A DNA stretch of 64,000 bases from Octopus vulgaris (Eukaryota): contig OX597815.1 in assembly GCA_951406725.2 (NCBI GenBank), forward strand, positions 161,200,001 through 161,264,000, written 5' to 3'. Positions 61,682 to 64,000 of this stretch are shown here, in pieces. Within the stretch, counting starts at the first letter, position 1; each line of letters opens with the position of its first letter. A program made the translations under genes and the position numbers. The notes beneath the pieces are model-generated. The model did not search any database. It was not told the origin of the DNA and worked only from the letters and a program-made list of their open reading frames with translations.

Positions 61682-64000
61682 TACAATTAACAATAAATAG
61701 AAATATAAACTTGTTACCAATTCAAATATGCTTCAGGCATATTTGAACCCATAAGAAAGCCATTCTTTGTACTTTTGTCATAGACAAAATTTCTCGCTGG
61801 AGACAAATAGGTGTCAGGACACTAAGTCAGTTCGAAATCCACCTATCCAGAGTACTCATTTCAGAGTACTCATCACCACTTCAAATAGATGTGCCTCAGT
61901 AAATATCTATAAATAACAAGTGAATAAACATTGAAAAGCATTCATGCATAGAGACAAACACAAAACTTTAGTCTCAATCAATTGTCAAGTTACTTTGACA
62001 TTAATAATTAGAAAGTAATTGAGGCTTTGATTGAATTTTTTTGGATGATTTCCATAGCCTTTATTCCAGCCATGCAATCTGTATTGTTTCTGACTTTATA
62101 TTTCTGACTTTAAAACATGTATTATTCAGTCAGTCACATTCTTCATTAGTCTGTTATTTAATTAAATTTCAGCTGTGATATATTGCTTTTATTGCAACAC
62201 ACTTTCCACACACGAATTCTCATTAACAAGATTTATTTTAGTTCTCAGCTAACTTTATATCTGAACTGGAGTTACAATTGTTCTCTTGCAAGAGTAAAAC
62301 TTTTCTTTATGCGAAAGCTATTGTCGTTTTTGCCTTTTCTCATTTTGTATTTACCATTTGTTTTCCAACACTTATTGTATTCCATGGCGTACAAGATGCA
62401 CTTATCTCGAAAAACGACCCCAAGTCCTATATGTAAAGTTGAACTTGCTATAGATTAATTCTCCTTTAATGCATTACAAATTGTTTTACTTGCAAATGAG
62501 CTGCTGAAACTGGGATGCATCAAATATCCCCTTGCATCTATTTTGCCTGTGTATCAAATTTTTCTCCTTTCTTTTCATCCCATCAAATATGGTACATGAA
62601 GGCACATGGCCTGATAGTCAGGGTGTTACACTCATGATCACTAGATAATGGGTTCAATTCCCAGACTGGACAGTGTATTACATTCTTGAGTAAAACACCT
62701 CATTTCACATTGCTCTAGTGATGTATGGAGATTGGCATGTCAAAAATTGGACCCAATATTTCTTCTGCATGTCGTAAAAAGTGACCAAACGCAGTTAAGG
62801 TAGGATTTGTACTCCAAACTTGTAAAACCCTCACCAGTAACAACTACCAAAACAGACCCATCAGTTGGAAGGTTGTTGCCTGAATAGTGCAAAGATATTA
62901 TCCACCAGGAGTAGGGAATCACCAACAAATGGTAGATGCAGCTATGCACTGTTACAGTGCATCCAATATTACTACTACTAAATATGGTACTCGTTTGAAA
63001 AATTTGTCGAGAACTCACACTTCCATTATATCTTTCTTACAGTGATACTGAGTGGGTTTTGGCTGTTCTGTGTGATAGAAACATTGGCTGCCTCCTTCCT
63101 TAAGTAACATACCTTCAACTACAGCAAGCATACATATATGAAGTGGCCACCTTGTGTGGTCAGTACACTCCTTGTTACACCATTACTTTCCAAACTGAAA
63201 ACATGGGAGGAATTACTTGTGGATTTTAGCTTAGTTTGTATTTTGGCTTTGCTTTCCGTGTAGTTATATGTTTAATATTTGATGAGAGGAAAGTTCTGAA
63301 GAAATGCTGGCATTAAAAAATAATTAAACAAGATGCTAACATTTGAGCTAATGAAGAAGCCTCTTCTAATTACTACATTTCTAACTGTGACAGTGACAAG
63401 AGAGTGTTACTAGTTGTTTCACTTTGCCACCCATATTTATATCTTAATTCTCATCATTACTTGTATGGATGTAATGAAATTTGTTGAGACAGATCTTTTC
63501 TAATTAGATCCTCATCTGTTTTGATCCTTACCTGTTTTGAAGCAATATTTCCTTTAGTTCTTTTAATACAAACACTCCAATTTCTAGACGTTTTTTCATG
63601 GAAGGCCGCAAATGAATGACACTGCTTATATGACAATGATAATAATATATAGTTAAGGCTCAGCAAGGCTTAAATCAGTCCAAGACTGTGGTAGAAAGCA
63701 CACTGGCTATTGTGCAGTGAAAATAAATCTGAAACCATGTAGTTAACCACACAAATACATATGCTCAAACACACACACACACACACACACATGCACACAA
63801 ATACACACACAAACACACATGCACACAAATACACACACAAACACACACACATACACATGCAGATACATACACACATGCATGTACTTTAAAGGCAGTTACA
63901 GTTTTAGTCTATTGGCTTCCACACACAAGGTATTGGTTAACTCAAGATGATGGTCTCCAACCTGAATGATTCATTTTCTGACACATGGCACAGTTGGACC

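Noticed and set aside
62740-63018. 92-aa - strand ORF
   Set aside because: No motif recognised in any frame; cannot be called coding without a search.

Overview
AT-rich, microsatellite- and SINE-dense animal genomic DNA. The repeat families look like those of Octopus (inference from family resemblance, not a database search). The only host coding sequence I can support is two + strand exons of a classical protein tyrosine phosphatase catalytic domain (7540-7616 and 29393-29530), separated by a ~21.8 kb intron; the flanking exons were not found in the window. The rest is intron-like and filled with several tRNA-derived or RTE-related SINE families, decayed LINEs (HERO/R2-group RLE, RTE, CR1), a Penelope-like element with a 5' inversion, a deleted Gypsy LTR element, Tc1/mariner remnants and MITEs. 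The most notable structure: a ~1.4 kb palindrome and several other repeats carrying type I hammerhead-ribozyme cores, hairpin arrays in an RTE-linked 3' module, a nested-deletion triplication, and a CpG-retaining island with E-boxes near 42-46 kb. Almost all ORF-track entries are microsatellite or SINE artefacts. Coordinates were counted by eye; repeat boundaries are approximate.
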